From the NCBI GenBank assembly GCA_036675025.1, contig JAKFFN010000101.1, positions 3,975 through 67,974 of the forward strand: DNA of 64,000 nt, read 5' to 3'. The stretch is from Candidatus Sumerlaeales bacterium (GTDB taxonomy: Bacteria; Sumerlaeota; Sumerlaeia; Sumerlaeales; Sumerlaeaceae). Shown here in pieces: positions 47,598 through 57,292 of this stretch (position 1 is the first letter of the stretch; each line of letters opens with the position of its first letter). The translations under genes were made by a program, and so were the position numbers. Below the pieces are notes generated by a model, which was given only the letters and a program-made list of their open reading frames with translations, had not been told where the DNA came from and searched no databases.

Positions 47598-48536
47598 ATG
47601 GCAAAAACACCCACGCCCGGCGACCACATCGGCGCAATTGATTGCGGCAGCAATGCCATCCGCTTCAGCATCTACAGGCTGGATGATAACCTGAAGCCCA
47701 AGGCCATCATGGCGCGCCGATATCCGGTCCGCCTTGGCGCCGGTACTTTTGCGAACGGCCGCCTGGCACCTGCCGACATTGATGCAGCAGTTGAGGCATT
47801 TCAGCACATCAAAGCACTGGCTGAAGAACACAACGTGAGTGTTTTACCAGCCGTAGCCACCAGCGCCATCCGCGATGCCGCTAACGCCGCCGAACTTGTG
47901 AGCCGCCTTGCCGATGAAACCGGGATTACCCTCCGGCCTATCAGCGGCGAAGAAGAAGCTGACCTCATAGCTGCCGGGGTCAACGCCACGGTAGACACCG
48001 ATCAGAACCGTACCATTTTCGACGTCGGCGGTGGAAGCACTGAGGTCATTCGCTGCCGTCCAGATGGCTACATCCTGGAAAAGGCCAGCCTGCCTCTTGG
48101 TGCTGTTCGCTTCGCCCAGGAAGCCGGCATGCCGGACCTGTACGACGATGAAGATATTATGACCCTGCGGGAGAAAATCGGGCAGGTGCTGCGGAATCGA
48201 TTTTCAGAAGGTACCGACCATGGCGACTTCGGCATTGCCATTGGCGGTACGGCCCGCGCGATTGCCCATTTTGCGGCGAGTAAAAACTTTATCACAGACG
48301 AACAGCGACTGACTCTCCAGGGAGTAGTCGACTCGTTTCACGCCCTGATAAGATTACGCCCGGAGGAAATGGTTGCCGGCACGGGCATCGACCAGAGCCG
48401 TGCCATGATCATCGTCCCGGGTGTGCTGATCCTCATGGGCGTGATGGCGTTCCAGGGCCTGGAAGAAGCCGTGGTAAGCGATGCCGGGGTTCGTGAAGGA
48501 CTGGTCAGCCGCTTTCTCTCAGGCAGCAGCTTCTAG
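47598..48536 (+). CDS. Ppx/GppA family phosphatase (N-terminal ASKHA domains only)
   Basis: IGAIDCGSNAIRFSIY actin-like ATPase fold start. 312 aa with no C-terminal HD-like domain. Starts 1 nt after the upstream stop. Confidence 0.85.
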   Translation: MAKTPTPGDHIGAIDCGSNAIRFSIYRLDDNLKPKAIMARRYPVRLGAGTFANGRLAPADIDAAVEAFQHIKALAEEHNVSVLPAVATSAIRDAANAAELVSRLADETGITLRPISGEEEADLIAAGVNATVDTDQNRTIFDVGGGSTEVIRCRPDGYILEKASLPLGAVRFAQEAGMPDLYDDEDIMTLREKIGQVLRNRFSEGTDHGDFGIAIGGTARAIAHFAASKNFITDEQRLTLQGVVDSFHALIRLRPEEMVAGTGIDQSRAMIIVPGVLILMGVMAFQGLEEAVVSDAGVREGLVSRFLSGSSF

Positions 48537-48543
48537 CCGGCGC

Positions 48544-50772
48544 TTACTCGTCCTCTTGCGGTTCCGGCGGGGCGGTCAGCAGCGTGCCGGTAGAGGGTGG
48601 TTCGCCCTGGTACATCCCGGGCGCGCTTGTGGGAACATCTTCCAGCGATAGCAGTTCTTCCGCCACGGTGCTGAGACCATCTTCAAATGCCGGTGCCTCT
48701 GTAGGTGTGGTCGTCAGATCAAGAACCAGCGGGGCCGTTGTCACGGCTGTATCTGTGGTTACCCCTGCCTGGGTTGTCAGCGGATCAAGCACTGCAAGGG
48801 GTCCGGTTGTAGGCTGCGCCAGTTGTGCCGTTGCGGTTGATTCGTCGGTATCAGACGGAACGATTTCAGGCGCCGCAGTAACTGTCGGTGTGGTTTCTTC
48901 GGACGGCGGTGCGGGGAACAATGACGCAGCCGCTTCACCGTCATAGATCGCTATGCGAGGCACACCCTGGGCCTCAAACAGGCGCATCGGTTCTTTGGTG
49001 CGAAAGAGGCTGCGCTCGCGGCTCCGCATGAAACCCTGGCGCACCTGCAGAATTACGTAGTCAAAAGGCGGCTCATCAGGAGAAAAGTCCACCTTCGCCG
49101 GCAGCCTTCCCCATTGGCGCAGGTTTTCAAATGCCAGTTCATTAAGCGCCAGGGTTTTGACTTTATCGCCCGGCTTCAAAATCGTGTTCAGGTAATCAGT
49201 CACCTCTTCGTTAACAGCCTCGCCCCAGTAGGAGGTTTCAAAGCCGCGTTCGTAGGCGCCCTTGGCACGACCAACACTCCAGTTAAAGTAATTCAGCTGG
49301 TTTGGATGGGAGAAGTAAAGGTCTGCCACGCCGTAGCCTGAGAGGAGCAGCAGCACAATTGCCGCCACATAGCCCGTCTCGCGCACCGCAACGTCTCCAC
49401 TGCGCCGGCGTCGCAGCCGTCTCACGCCGTCAAATAGAAGAGAAAAGCCGCCACCGGCGACAAGAGCCAGGAATGCAAATGCCGGAAAGAACAACCGCTC
49501 ACCGTCGTAGCGCGGCGCGGTGGGCAGCATACTCAAACCAATCCAGCAGGCTGCGAGCACAACAAACAGTATCGTCGCCGGTCGCCGCACGGATGAGAAA
49601 AGCGCCCGGAGCAGACCCAGGATCATAAAGACGATGATCCAGACCGGCACCACCACGGCCACCATATGCAGCGGATAGTAGAACGGTGCGTCGGGTCCAT
49701 TATAGCCCCAGATTCGCCCGAGATAATACACGGCGGTCTTTTGGTGCTCCAGATAGAACAACAGGTAGGCAAAGAAGCGTTTGAATCCGTCGTACCAAAG
49801 CCACGGCCATACGGCCAGCATTATGACAGGTGCGATAAAAGCCATGGCAAAGATATTAGAAGCATAATCACGCCGCTTATAAAGCTGTCCCCAGATCATC
49901 AGCGGTATGGGCAGCATCAGTGCTGAAACCTTAGTGGCCACCGCCAAACCGAATGCCACTCCTGTAAACAGGGCAAACGGCCAGAAGCGGTTAGAGACCA
50001 GGAAACAGTAGACGGTAAGGACGATAAAGAAGGTTAGGGGTGTTTCAGAGGCGGCAATGTGGGCGTGACCGAAAACTCGCGGCATAAGTGCATACATAAG
50101 CGCAGCGGCAAAACCCCCGATGCGGCCGTATTCGCGGGTGCCCAGTAGAAACAACAGTCCCACTGTCAGACCGAAGAGCAGAGCATGCGGCAGGCGCATT
50201 GCGATCATCGGATCGTTTACAAAATCTTTGAGGTAAGTGAGTCCGGCACCGATCAGCAGCTTAGGCACCGGCGCCACTTCAGGATGCAGCGGATCATGCC
50301 CGTCCAGGAATCTGCCCCAGTGTCTGTCGACGGCGTCGTGCTGGAGCATCACGTCATCGCCCAGGTTAATCACGCCAACCATCCAGGCAGCAGCTCGCTC
50401 GGCCGGCCTGAGGTAGAGTGCCTCATCCCAGCTATGGCCAAATCCGTTATACGTCATGACGACGGATGTAAAAGCCAGAAGCGACAGCAGCAGGGCGATC
50501 AGGAGGTCAGAAAAGCGGGTTCGTCTTTTGTAAAATTCGACAGTTTCCCGCGGTTCTCTCTCCGGCTCGTATCCTTCCGGCCTGTCATGGATGCTGCTGG
50601 CCTCGATGTTTCCCTGGCTCACGAGGAAATCGGAAACCGTATCTGAAGCCGTGAGTTTATACGCACCAGTTTCTTCACGTTTCAGACCGCTTTGCCAGTC
50701 GCCCGATCTGGGTGGAAGCTTAGGCTTATCTCCCCCGGCAGCGCCAGCTTCCGGTGGTTTTTTATCTGTCAT
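48544..50772 (-). CDS. polytopic membrane glycosyltransferase (ArnT/PMT, GT39/GT83-like) with long cytoplasmic/periplasmic tails
   Basis: About 13 predicted TM helices. An N-terminal loop with acidic residues typical of the PMT_2 family. Long T/P-rich C-terminal extension. Confidence 0.55.
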   Translation of the reverse strand: MTDKKPPEAGAAGGDKPKLPPRSGDWQSGLKREETGAYKLTASDTVSDFLVSQGNIEASSIHDRPEGYEPEREPRETVEFYKRRTRFSDLLIALLLSLLAFTSVVMTYNGFGHSWDEALYLRPAERAAAWMVGVINLGDDVMLQHDAVDRHWGRFLDGHDPLHPEVAPVPKLLIGAGLTYLKDFVNDPMIAMRLPHALLFGLTVGLLFLLGTREYGRIGGFAAALMYALMPRVFGHAHIAASETPLTFFIVLTVYCFLVSNRFWPFALFTGVAFGLAVATKVSALMLPIPLMIWGQLYKRRDYASNIFAMAFIAPVIMLAVWPWLWYDGFKRFFAYLLFYLEHQKTAVYYLGRIWGYNGPDAPFYYPLHMVAVVVPVWIIVFMILGLLRALFSSVRRPATILFVVLAACWIGLSMLPTAPRYDGERLFFPAFAFLALVAGGGFSLLFDGVRRLRRRRSGDVAVRETGYVAAIVLLLLSGYGVADLYFSHPNQLNYFNWSVGRAKGAYERGFETSYWGEAVNEEVTDYLNTILKPGDKVKTLALNELAFENLRQWGRLPAKVDFSPDEPPFDYVILQVRQGFMRSRERSLFRTKEPMRLFEAQGVPRIAIYDGEAAASLFPAPPSEETTPTVTAAPEIVPSDTDESTATAQLAQPTTGPLAVLDPLTTQAGVTTDTAVTTAPLVLDLTTTPTEAPAFEDGLSTVAEELLSLEDVPTSAPGMYQGEPPSTGTLLTAPPEPQEDE

Positions 50773-50776
50773 AAAG

Positions 50777-52513
50777 TTAAATTGTTGTCCGTCTCAGGTC
50801 TTTCACTTCCATTTCGACACGCGGAACAGCCCAGTAGTTGTTAACTGAGGGTGAAAAAACGACATCCATTTCCGCACCCACGGCCTGATTCAATTCGCAT
50901 GCCAAATGGCCCATGTTGAACCCGATACCCTCTATGACCACGCCCTCACGGGCAAACTGCAGCTTTAAATGCTTATCCCCCACTACCCGCGGCTGCGCGT
51001 GAAGCTTGATTCCGCGCGACGCGAGCACGGGATGGGGGTTACTCTGGCCAAAAGGCTCCAGGTAGCGGAGGTGTTCCATCATCTGGAGGTCAAGCAGGCG
51101 GCAATCAACCTCCGCATCGATGACCAGCGGCGGGCATAAGTCGTCGCAGCTGCCGTCATTTCGGGCATAGCTGTTTATTGCATCACGGAAGGTGCGAACG
51201 TTTTCAGCCAGCAGCGTGAGGCCCGCAGCGTTTGGATGTCCACCGTAGGCGACAAGGTGTTCGCTGCAGTGGGTCAGGGCTTCAAACAGGTTGAACGATC
51301 CAAAGCTGCGCGCGGAACCTTTTACACAATCGGTCTTGTGCGTGAGCACAACCACCGGTCTGCCAACCTCATCCATGATCCGGCTGGCGACTATCCCGAT
51401 GACTCCCAGGTGCCAGCCGTGGCCATCGACGACTACAACCGGCTCTTCGTCCAGGTCAATTTGCTCATATACAAATTTCAGGCAATCCGTCAGGATGTGG
51501 GATTCCATCTTGCGGCGCGACTTGTTGCAGTTTTCCAGCTCTTTTACGATGCTGGCAGCCTCGTCCAGATCATCGGTAATCAAAAGCTGCACGCCGATTT
51601 CCGCGTGGCTGGTGCGACCCGCGGCGTTAAGGCGCGGGGCGATCTGGAAACCAATGTGAGTAGTGGAAATCGGCCCTGTAAGCTTCAGATGATTTCGCAG
51701 GGCCTGCACACCTACATTGCTGGATTGTGCAATTCGGGTCAGGCCGTGAGATACCAGTACCCGGTTTTCACCGGCGAGCGGCGCATAGTCAGCTACGGTG
51801 CCGATGGCCACAAGATCGAGCAATGACCGGAGAAACGCTACCGATTCCTCGGTCGATCTGCCCATGGCTTTGAGCAGGGCATGGATGAACTTGAATGCAA
51901 CTCCGGCACCGGTAAGGTGCTTGCAGGGGTAAGGGCAGTCGCGGCGGTTTGGATTGATAATAGCCAGCGCATCAGGAAGCTCGTCACCCGGCTGATGGTG
52001 ATCGGTTATGATGACATCCATACCAAGCTCGCGCGCCCGTCGCACCTGCTCGATGCCGCTGATTCCATTATCTACTGTAATGACAAGATGAAAGCCGCGA
52101 GCTGCAAGCTGCTCAAGCGCCGCTATGCTCATCCCATAGCCCTCGTCCACGCGGTGTGGAACGTAAAAAGTGCAATCTGCCCCCGCATGGCGCAAGCCTC
52201 GCAGCATGATGGAGGTGCTGGTGATTCCGTCAGCGTCGTAATCGCCGAACACGACAATGCACTCGCCCTGTTTAATAGCGCGTACCATCCGCTCTACGCC
52301 GGCTGTCATGTCAGCCATTAGAAACGGGTCATGCAGGGTGCTGAGCTGTGGCTTGATAAAGCCCATCAGCTCGTCATGCTCGAGGGCGAGACCGCGATTA
52401 GCCATTACTGACGCGACAACAGAATGCAGCCGATACCGCTCAGCCAACGATCGCGCCTGTTCAGCCTGGTGGTCTCGAAACTCCCAACGGTATGTTTTTA
52501 CGCGGCGGCTCAT
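50777..52513 (-). CDS. recJ: single-stranded-DNA-specific exonuclease RecJ
   Basis: DHH motifs (DYDADGITS, ITDHH) and a DHHA1 domain. Confidence 0.9.
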   Translation of the reverse strand: MSRRVKTYRWEFRDHQAEQARSLAERYRLHSVVASVMANRGLALEHDELMGFIKPQLSTLHDPFLMADMTAGVERMVRAIKQGECIVVFGDYDADGITSTSIMLRGLRHAGADCTFYVPHRVDEGYGMSIAALEQLAARGFHLVITVDNGISGIEQVRRARELGMDVIITDHHQPGDELPDALAIINPNRRDCPYPCKHLTGAGVAFKFIHALLKAMGRSTEESVAFLRSLLDLVAIGTVADYAPLAGENRVLVSHGLTRIAQSSNVGVQALRNHLKLTGPISTTHIGFQIAPRLNAAGRTSHAEIGVQLLITDDLDEAASIVKELENCNKSRRKMESHILTDCLKFVYEQIDLDEEPVVVVDGHGWHLGVIGIVASRIMDEVGRPVVVLTHKTDCVKGSARSFGSFNLFEALTHCSEHLVAYGGHPNAAGLTLLAENVRTFRDAINSYARNDGSCDDLCPPLVIDAEVDCRLLDLQMMEHLRYLEPFGQSNPHPVLASRGIKLHAQPRVVGDKHLKLQFAREGVVIEGIGFNMGHLACELNQAVGAEMDVVFSPSVNNYWAVPRVEMEVKDLRRTTI

Positions 52514-52662
52514 CAGTTCTGGTTCAACAACTGCACTGGCTTATCCTTCGCGCGAGGGGCAATGTCTATCAGAAATGCCGGTGCGGGTCCATTTTCTAGT
52601 ACATTTGATCCATTTTCCTGTTGCACAAGCCCCCAGGCAAAGGCTGTTTTGTACCGGTTGTG

Positions 52663-53496
52663 ATGAAAACATTTTCTCTTCAGTCTGGCAGTTGCGGGAA
52701 CTGCTATTATTACGAATCCGGCGAAGTGCGACTGCTGTTTGATGCGGGCATTCCGTTTCGGCGTGCATGTGAGCGCATGGCAGACCGCGGCATAGACTGC
52801 GGTACGTTTAATGGTTTGTTCATTTCCCACGACCACTCAGATCATACGGCGTGTGCAGGAGTGTTTCATCGCAAGTTGAAAACCCCGATTTTCTGCGCAC
52901 GGGATACCCACGAGGTCATGAGCAACCGGCTCGGGAAAGTCGCACCGTCAGCTTTTGAGTATTTTGTGCCAGGTGACACCGTTAGAGTAGGCCATGTAAA
53001 CGTGCAAACAATTCCAACGCCTCACGACGCGGCTAATCCCTGCGCTTTCATTGTGGATGACGGGCAGTACAGGGTTGGTATTCTTACAGACCTCGGGCAC
53101 TGTTTCCCGGCCCTGAAGAAGTGCCTGGCCGAGCTGGACGTGGTTTTCCTGGAAAGCAACTACGACAGTCAGATGCTGGAGAACAACCCGTTTTATCCGT
53201 ACCACCTGAAGTCTCGCATCAGCGGCGACCATGGGCACCTGGAAAACAGCGAAGCGTCCGAAATGGTACGCGACTGCTGCAGCGATCGGCTCCAGGTATT
53301 ACTGCTGAGTCATCTCTCGCAGGACAACAACCGTCCCGCGCTCGCAAAAAAAACAGCCAGCAACATTCTAGCGGGGCGTCCGGAAATCGATGTTCAGGTT
53401 GCGCCGCGAGATGCGGCGTCGAATGTTATTTGCGCAGGGAGCCTCTCCAGTCGCCCCCGTGCAACACAACTTTGTCTGCTTGAAGGAATTGCTTAG
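52663..53496 (+). CDS. MBL-fold metallo-hydrolase
   Basis: HxHxDH motif (SHDHSDH). ATG at 52663 (MKTFSLQSGS..) preferred over the track TTG at 52621. Confidence 0.8.
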   Translation: MKTFSLQSGSCGNCYYYESGEVRLLFDAGIPFRRACERMADRGIDCGTFNGLFISHDHSDHTACAGVFHRKLKTPIFCARDTHEVMSNRLGKVAPSAFEYFVPGDTVRVGHVNVQTIPTPHDAANPCAFIVDDGQYRVGILTDLGHCFPALKKCLAELDVVFLESNYDSQMLENNPFYPYHLKSRISGDHGHLENSEASEMVRDCCSDRLQVLLLSHLSQDNNRPALAKKTASNILAGRPEIDVQVAPRDAASNVICAGSLSSRPRATQLCLLEGIA

Positions 53497-53505
53497 AACA
53501 AGCTC

Positions 53506-53907
53506 TTACCAGAATGTAGAAACTGACTTATAAGCGCGGATTACTCTGTCTGCTGTTATTAATGGTAGTTTTTCAACCAAAGCCGTGGCAACGATAGTTC
53601 GGTCGCAGGGATCGTAGTGATTGAAGTTTTCCAGAGAAGCGGTCTTTAAAGCGATTTTGCGAGTAACAGGGATGACATCTGCGCGAACTTGTTGCTGTGC
53701 GTCTTGCACCCATTCCTCGAAGGGCGAATCCAGTTTAACCCGCTGGTTCTCTACAAGCATCGCAGCTTCAACAAATGAGATAGCTGACAGGAAGAAAACG
53801 GGCCTTTCCTTTTCCGGGAGGAGTTGCAGTTTTCGTACTTTGGGAGGTAGGCGGTCTGGGCTCAACGGCATCCACAACCATACGTGCGTATCCAGCAGAT
53901 ACTGCAT
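53506..53907 (-). CDS. vapC: type II toxin VapC (PIN domain)
   Basis: MQYLLDTHVWLW N-terminal PIN acidic residue. Conserved D/E positions. 3 nt downstream of the antitoxin gene. Confidence 0.85.
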   Translation of the reverse strand: MQYLLDTHVWLWMPLSPDRLPPKVRKLQLLPEKERPVFFLSAISFVEAAMLVENQRVKLDSPFEEWVQDAQQQVRADVIPVTRKIALKTASLENFNHYDPCDRTIVATALVEKLPLITADRVIRAYKSVSTFW

Positions 53908-53909
53908 CT

Positions 53910-54158
53910 TCAGTCGTTATCAGTCCCGTCCGGAAAATCCGGATTCCACTCACTCACCGACTCGACGATGTCCCCGAGAATTTGCGCCCGACCTTTCATT
54001 CCACCAAACCGCATTGGCCGGGCCGATTGAGGCGGAGGCAGTACTTGTGCGATTGGTTCACCACGCTTGGTAACAAGAACAGGGATCCCGGAAGTATAAA
54101 CCTCCTCCAGAATCTCGGCAGCACTGTTCTTGAATTTGGTAGCAGGTACAGTCTTCAT
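53910..54158 (-). CDS. Phd/YefM-family antitoxin
   Basis: 82 aa. KFKNSAAEILEEVYTSGIPVLVTKRGEPIAQVL matches the Phd/YefM fold. Confidence 0.75.
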   Translation of the reverse strand: MKTVPATKFKNSAAEILEEVYTSGIPVLVTKRGEPIAQVLPPPQSARPMRFGGMKGRAQILGDIVESVSEWNPDFPDGTDND

Positions 54159-54252
54159 GCAACTAATTACGACTTAAGAACAAGCTAATTTAACAAGCTT
54201 TTTCAGCGGGTTTGAACAATCTGTCACAACTGTAGCGTAAACGGTCTTGCCC

Positions 54253-57144
54253 TTACCCCAACAGCGCCAGCTTTTCCTTTAGCTGATCCAGCTCGTTTTT
54301 CTGCGCAGTCAGCTTTTCCTGTTCCTTCTGGATAACGTCAGCCGGTGCCTTTGATGTGAAGTTGCTGTTTGCCAGCTTGCCAATTAGCCGCTCACACTCC
54401 TTCTCCAGCCGCGCCACTTCCTTTTGCAGACGCTCCTTCTCCTGCCCGCGCAGTTCCTCAGGCAATTCAACAAACACCGTTACTCCCGCAGCCACAGCTG
54501 TCGCTGAAAAGGCGGGAGGTTCGGCAGAATCTTTAACCTTCAGGCTCTTCACATTGGTAAGGGTCGTAAAGAAATCGCCGCGTTCCAGCAGAAGCTCACG
54601 CGCGCCAGCATCTGGCGTTACCAGCAGAATGGACGCCGCCACACCCGGCGGAATGCGCATCTCACCGCGGATGTTTCGGATGGCGTAAAGCACCTCCTGC
54701 AACACGCCCACCTGGGCTTCAGCCTTTTCATCCTTCAGCGCCGCAGTGTCAAAATCAACCCAGGCGCTGATCATGATGCTGCTCGAATCCAGCGCCGTCA
54801 GGCAACGCTGGCCCAGAGTATCAGAATGCCCGCCGTTCGGGTGCACAACGCCTTCGATAATATCTTGCTGCGACGCACTGAACTCCGGCGGAGCCACCCG
54901 GTCTGCCATGTCAACGCCCGGCGAGTTAAAGCCAAGATCATCGCGAACCATCCCCCGGAGTACCTGCCATATCTCTTCCGAGATAAAGGGGCAAACCGGG
55001 TGAACCAGCCTCATGGCCGCCTCCAGCAGGGTAAACAGCAGCGCCTGTGCGCTGGTGCGGCTTTGGATTTCCTCGGGGGTAGCGCTCAGGTTGTTCGGAT
55101 TCGCATAGAGCCGCGGCTTTACCAGTTCCAGGTAGTAGTCACAGAAGTCATTCCAGAAGTACTCACGGAAAGTTTTTACGGCCTGGTCGAAATCAAACGC
55201 CTCCAGCGCCGCATTATACGTCTTTACCGTCTCCGCAAATCGCGAGAGTATCCAGCGATCTTCCAGTGCAAGTTCTTCACGATCATGTTCCACCAGAGGC
55301 CCGGCGCATTTAATGTTCTGCTCCTGCAGATCGCCAAGGTTCTGGAGGATCAAACGCGAGGCGTTCCAGATCTTGTTCATGAAGTTGCGGTAGCCTTCCA
55401 GCTCTTTCGGGCTGAAAGCAATGTGCTGTTCGCGGCCGGCATAGGCGGCCAGCGTAATGCGCAGCGCGTCGGTACCGTTTTCTTTAATGAGATCCAGCGG
55501 GTCAAGCGCGTTGCCCTTACTCTTGCTCATCTTCTTGCCGTGTTCGTCACCCACAATCGGGTTAAAGTAAACATCGCGGAAGGGCGCTTCATCCATAAAG
55601 TGCTCGCCCATCATGATCATGCGGGCGACCCAGAAAAAGATAATATCCTTAGCCGTTACCAGTGTGGCGGTCGGATAGTACTTTTTAAGTTCATCGGTCT
55701 GGTCGGGCCAGCCCAATGTAGAGAACGGCCAGAGCGCACTGGAGAACCAGGTATCCAGAACGTCATCGTCCTGCCGCAGACCATCTCCTGCAGCCGCTCT
55801 GGCACGCAGGACCTCGTACTCTTCATCCGTCGTCGGCACCACAACTGTGCCATCAGCTTCGTAGAACGCAGGGATCTGGTGTCCCCACCAGAGCTGTCGC
55901 GAGATAGCCCAATCGCGCAGATTATCAATCCAGCGGAAATAGTCCGCCTTTCGCGCTTCCGGGTAGAAATTGATTTTGCCATCAGCCACGGCGGCCCGTG
56001 CCTTGACGGCCAGAGGCTCAATCTTCACGAACCACTGCAGGCTCAGGTACGGCTCAACCACACTCGCACAGCGATAGCACGTGCCAATGCGCTGCGGGTG
56101 TTCTTCAATCTTCTCCATCAGGCCCTGCGCTTCAAGGTCAGCCACCACCTTTTTGCGCGCCTCGTAACGGTCCAGCCCCTGGTATTGCCCACCGTTTTCA
56201 TTAATATGTGCGTCCGGTGTAAGTACGTTAATCTCTTCCAGATTGTGGCGTTTGCCAGCCTGGTAGTCATTGGGATCATGGGCCGGAGTAATCTTCACCA
56301 TACCTGTCCCGAATTCGCGATCAACGAAGTCATCGGCAATTATCGGGATACGGCGATTGATCAGCGGCAGTACGCAGAACTTGCCGATCAGGTCCGTATA
56401 GCGCTCATCTTTGGGATTAACAGCTACGGCCGTGTCACCCAGCATCGTCTCCGGACGCGTGGTCGCCACTACAGCATAGCGCCCTTCCTGTCCCTCAATG
56501 GGATACTTGATGTGCCAGAGCTTGCCCGCAGAATCCTTATACTCCACTTCGTCATCTGCCAGGGTGGTGTTGCAGCGCGGGCACCAGTTCACCAGGTAAT
56601 TGCCGCGGTAAATCAGCCCCTGCTCATAGAGCTTAGCAAACACAGTGCGGACAGCGCGGTTCAGGCCCTCGTCCATGGTGAATCGCTCGCGGCTCCAGTC
56701 GCAGGACGAGCCTAGCGTTTTCAGCTGGTTAACAATAATGCCGCCGTGCTTTTCCTTCCACTCCCAGACCTTCTCCAAAAACTTTTCGCGGCCGAGAACC
56801 TCACGTGGACGCTCCATGCCTTCCGCGCGCAGCTTGTTCTCCACCACATACTGCGTGGCAATAGAGGCGTGGTCAGTGCCCGGAACCCACAGGGCATTGT
56901 AGCCGGCCATGCGTTTCCAGCGGATCAGGATATCCTGAAGCGTATTGTTTAGGGCGTGGCCCATGTGCAAGATGCCAGTAATATTTGGCGGCGGAATGAC
57001 GATACAATACGGCTCGCCCGGCGCATTAACGTCGGCCTTGAAATAGCCATGCTGTTCCCAATGGGGATACCAGCGGGCTTCAGTAGCGTGAGGATCGTAG
57101 CGGGTAGGAAGTTCCCGCGTGGCGGCAGTTTCGTTGGTCGTCAT
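54253..57144 (-). CDS. valS: valine--tRNA ligase
   Basis: HMGH, KMSKS and the editing domain. C-terminal coiled coil (KEQEKLTAQKNELDQLKEKLALLG). Confidence 0.97.
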   Translation of the reverse strand: MTTNETAATRELPTRYDPHATEARWYPHWEQHGYFKADVNAPGEPYCIVIPPPNITGILHMGHALNNTLQDILIRWKRMAGYNALWVPGTDHASIATQYVVENKLRAEGMERPREVLGREKFLEKVWEWKEKHGGIIVNQLKTLGSSCDWSRERFTMDEGLNRAVRTVFAKLYEQGLIYRGNYLVNWCPRCNTTLADDEVEYKDSAGKLWHIKYPIEGQEGRYAVVATTRPETMLGDTAVAVNPKDERYTDLIGKFCVLPLINRRIPIIADDFVDREFGTGMVKITPAHDPNDYQAGKRHNLEEINVLTPDAHINENGGQYQGLDRYEARKKVVADLEAQGLMEKIEEHPQRIGTCYRCASVVEPYLSLQWFVKIEPLAVKARAAVADGKINFYPEARKADYFRWIDNLRDWAISRQLWWGHQIPAFYEADGTVVVPTTDEEYEVLRARAAAGDGLRQDDDVLDTWFSSALWPFSTLGWPDQTDELKKYYPTATLVTAKDIIFFWVARMIMMGEHFMDEAPFRDVYFNPIVGDEHGKKMSKSKGNALDPLDLIKENGTDALRITLAAYAGREQHIAFSPKELEGYRNFMNKIWNASRLILQNLGDLQEQNIKCAGPLVEHDREELALEDRWILSRFAETVKTYNAALEAFDFDQAVKTFREYFWNDFCDYYLELVKPRLYANPNNLSATPEEIQSRTSAQALLFTLLEAAMRLVHPVCPFISEEIWQVLRGMVRDDLGFNSPGVDMADRVAPPEFSASQQDIIEGVVHPNGGHSDTLGQRCLTALDSSSIMISAWVDFDTAALKDEKAEAQVGVLQEVLYAIRNIRGEMRIPPGVAASILLVTPDAGARELLLERGDFFTTLTNVKSLKVKDSAEPPAFSATAVAAGVTVFVELPEELRGQEKERLQKEVARLEKECERLIGKLANSNFTSKAPADVIQKEQEKLTAQKNELDQLKEKLALLG

Positions 57145-57292
57145 AACTCCCGATTATATCTCCATACCGGGGCGACATTCGCAGCCAATAGAGACGTGCT
57201 AACTTATCCGTGCAATGCAACAGGTGCGCTGATAAGGTTGACAATCCAATCCGCCTGCCCCCCAGAGGAAAGGTCATCATCGCCAATCTTCT

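Noticed and set aside
54826-56715. 629-aa + strand ORF antisense to valS, and similar antisense ORFs opposite the PhoD-like gene (18861..19619), the glycosyltransferase (49302..49628) and recJ (51236..51826)
   Set aside because: Antisense shadow ORFs in high-GC coding DNA. The sense-strand genes have clear family signatures.
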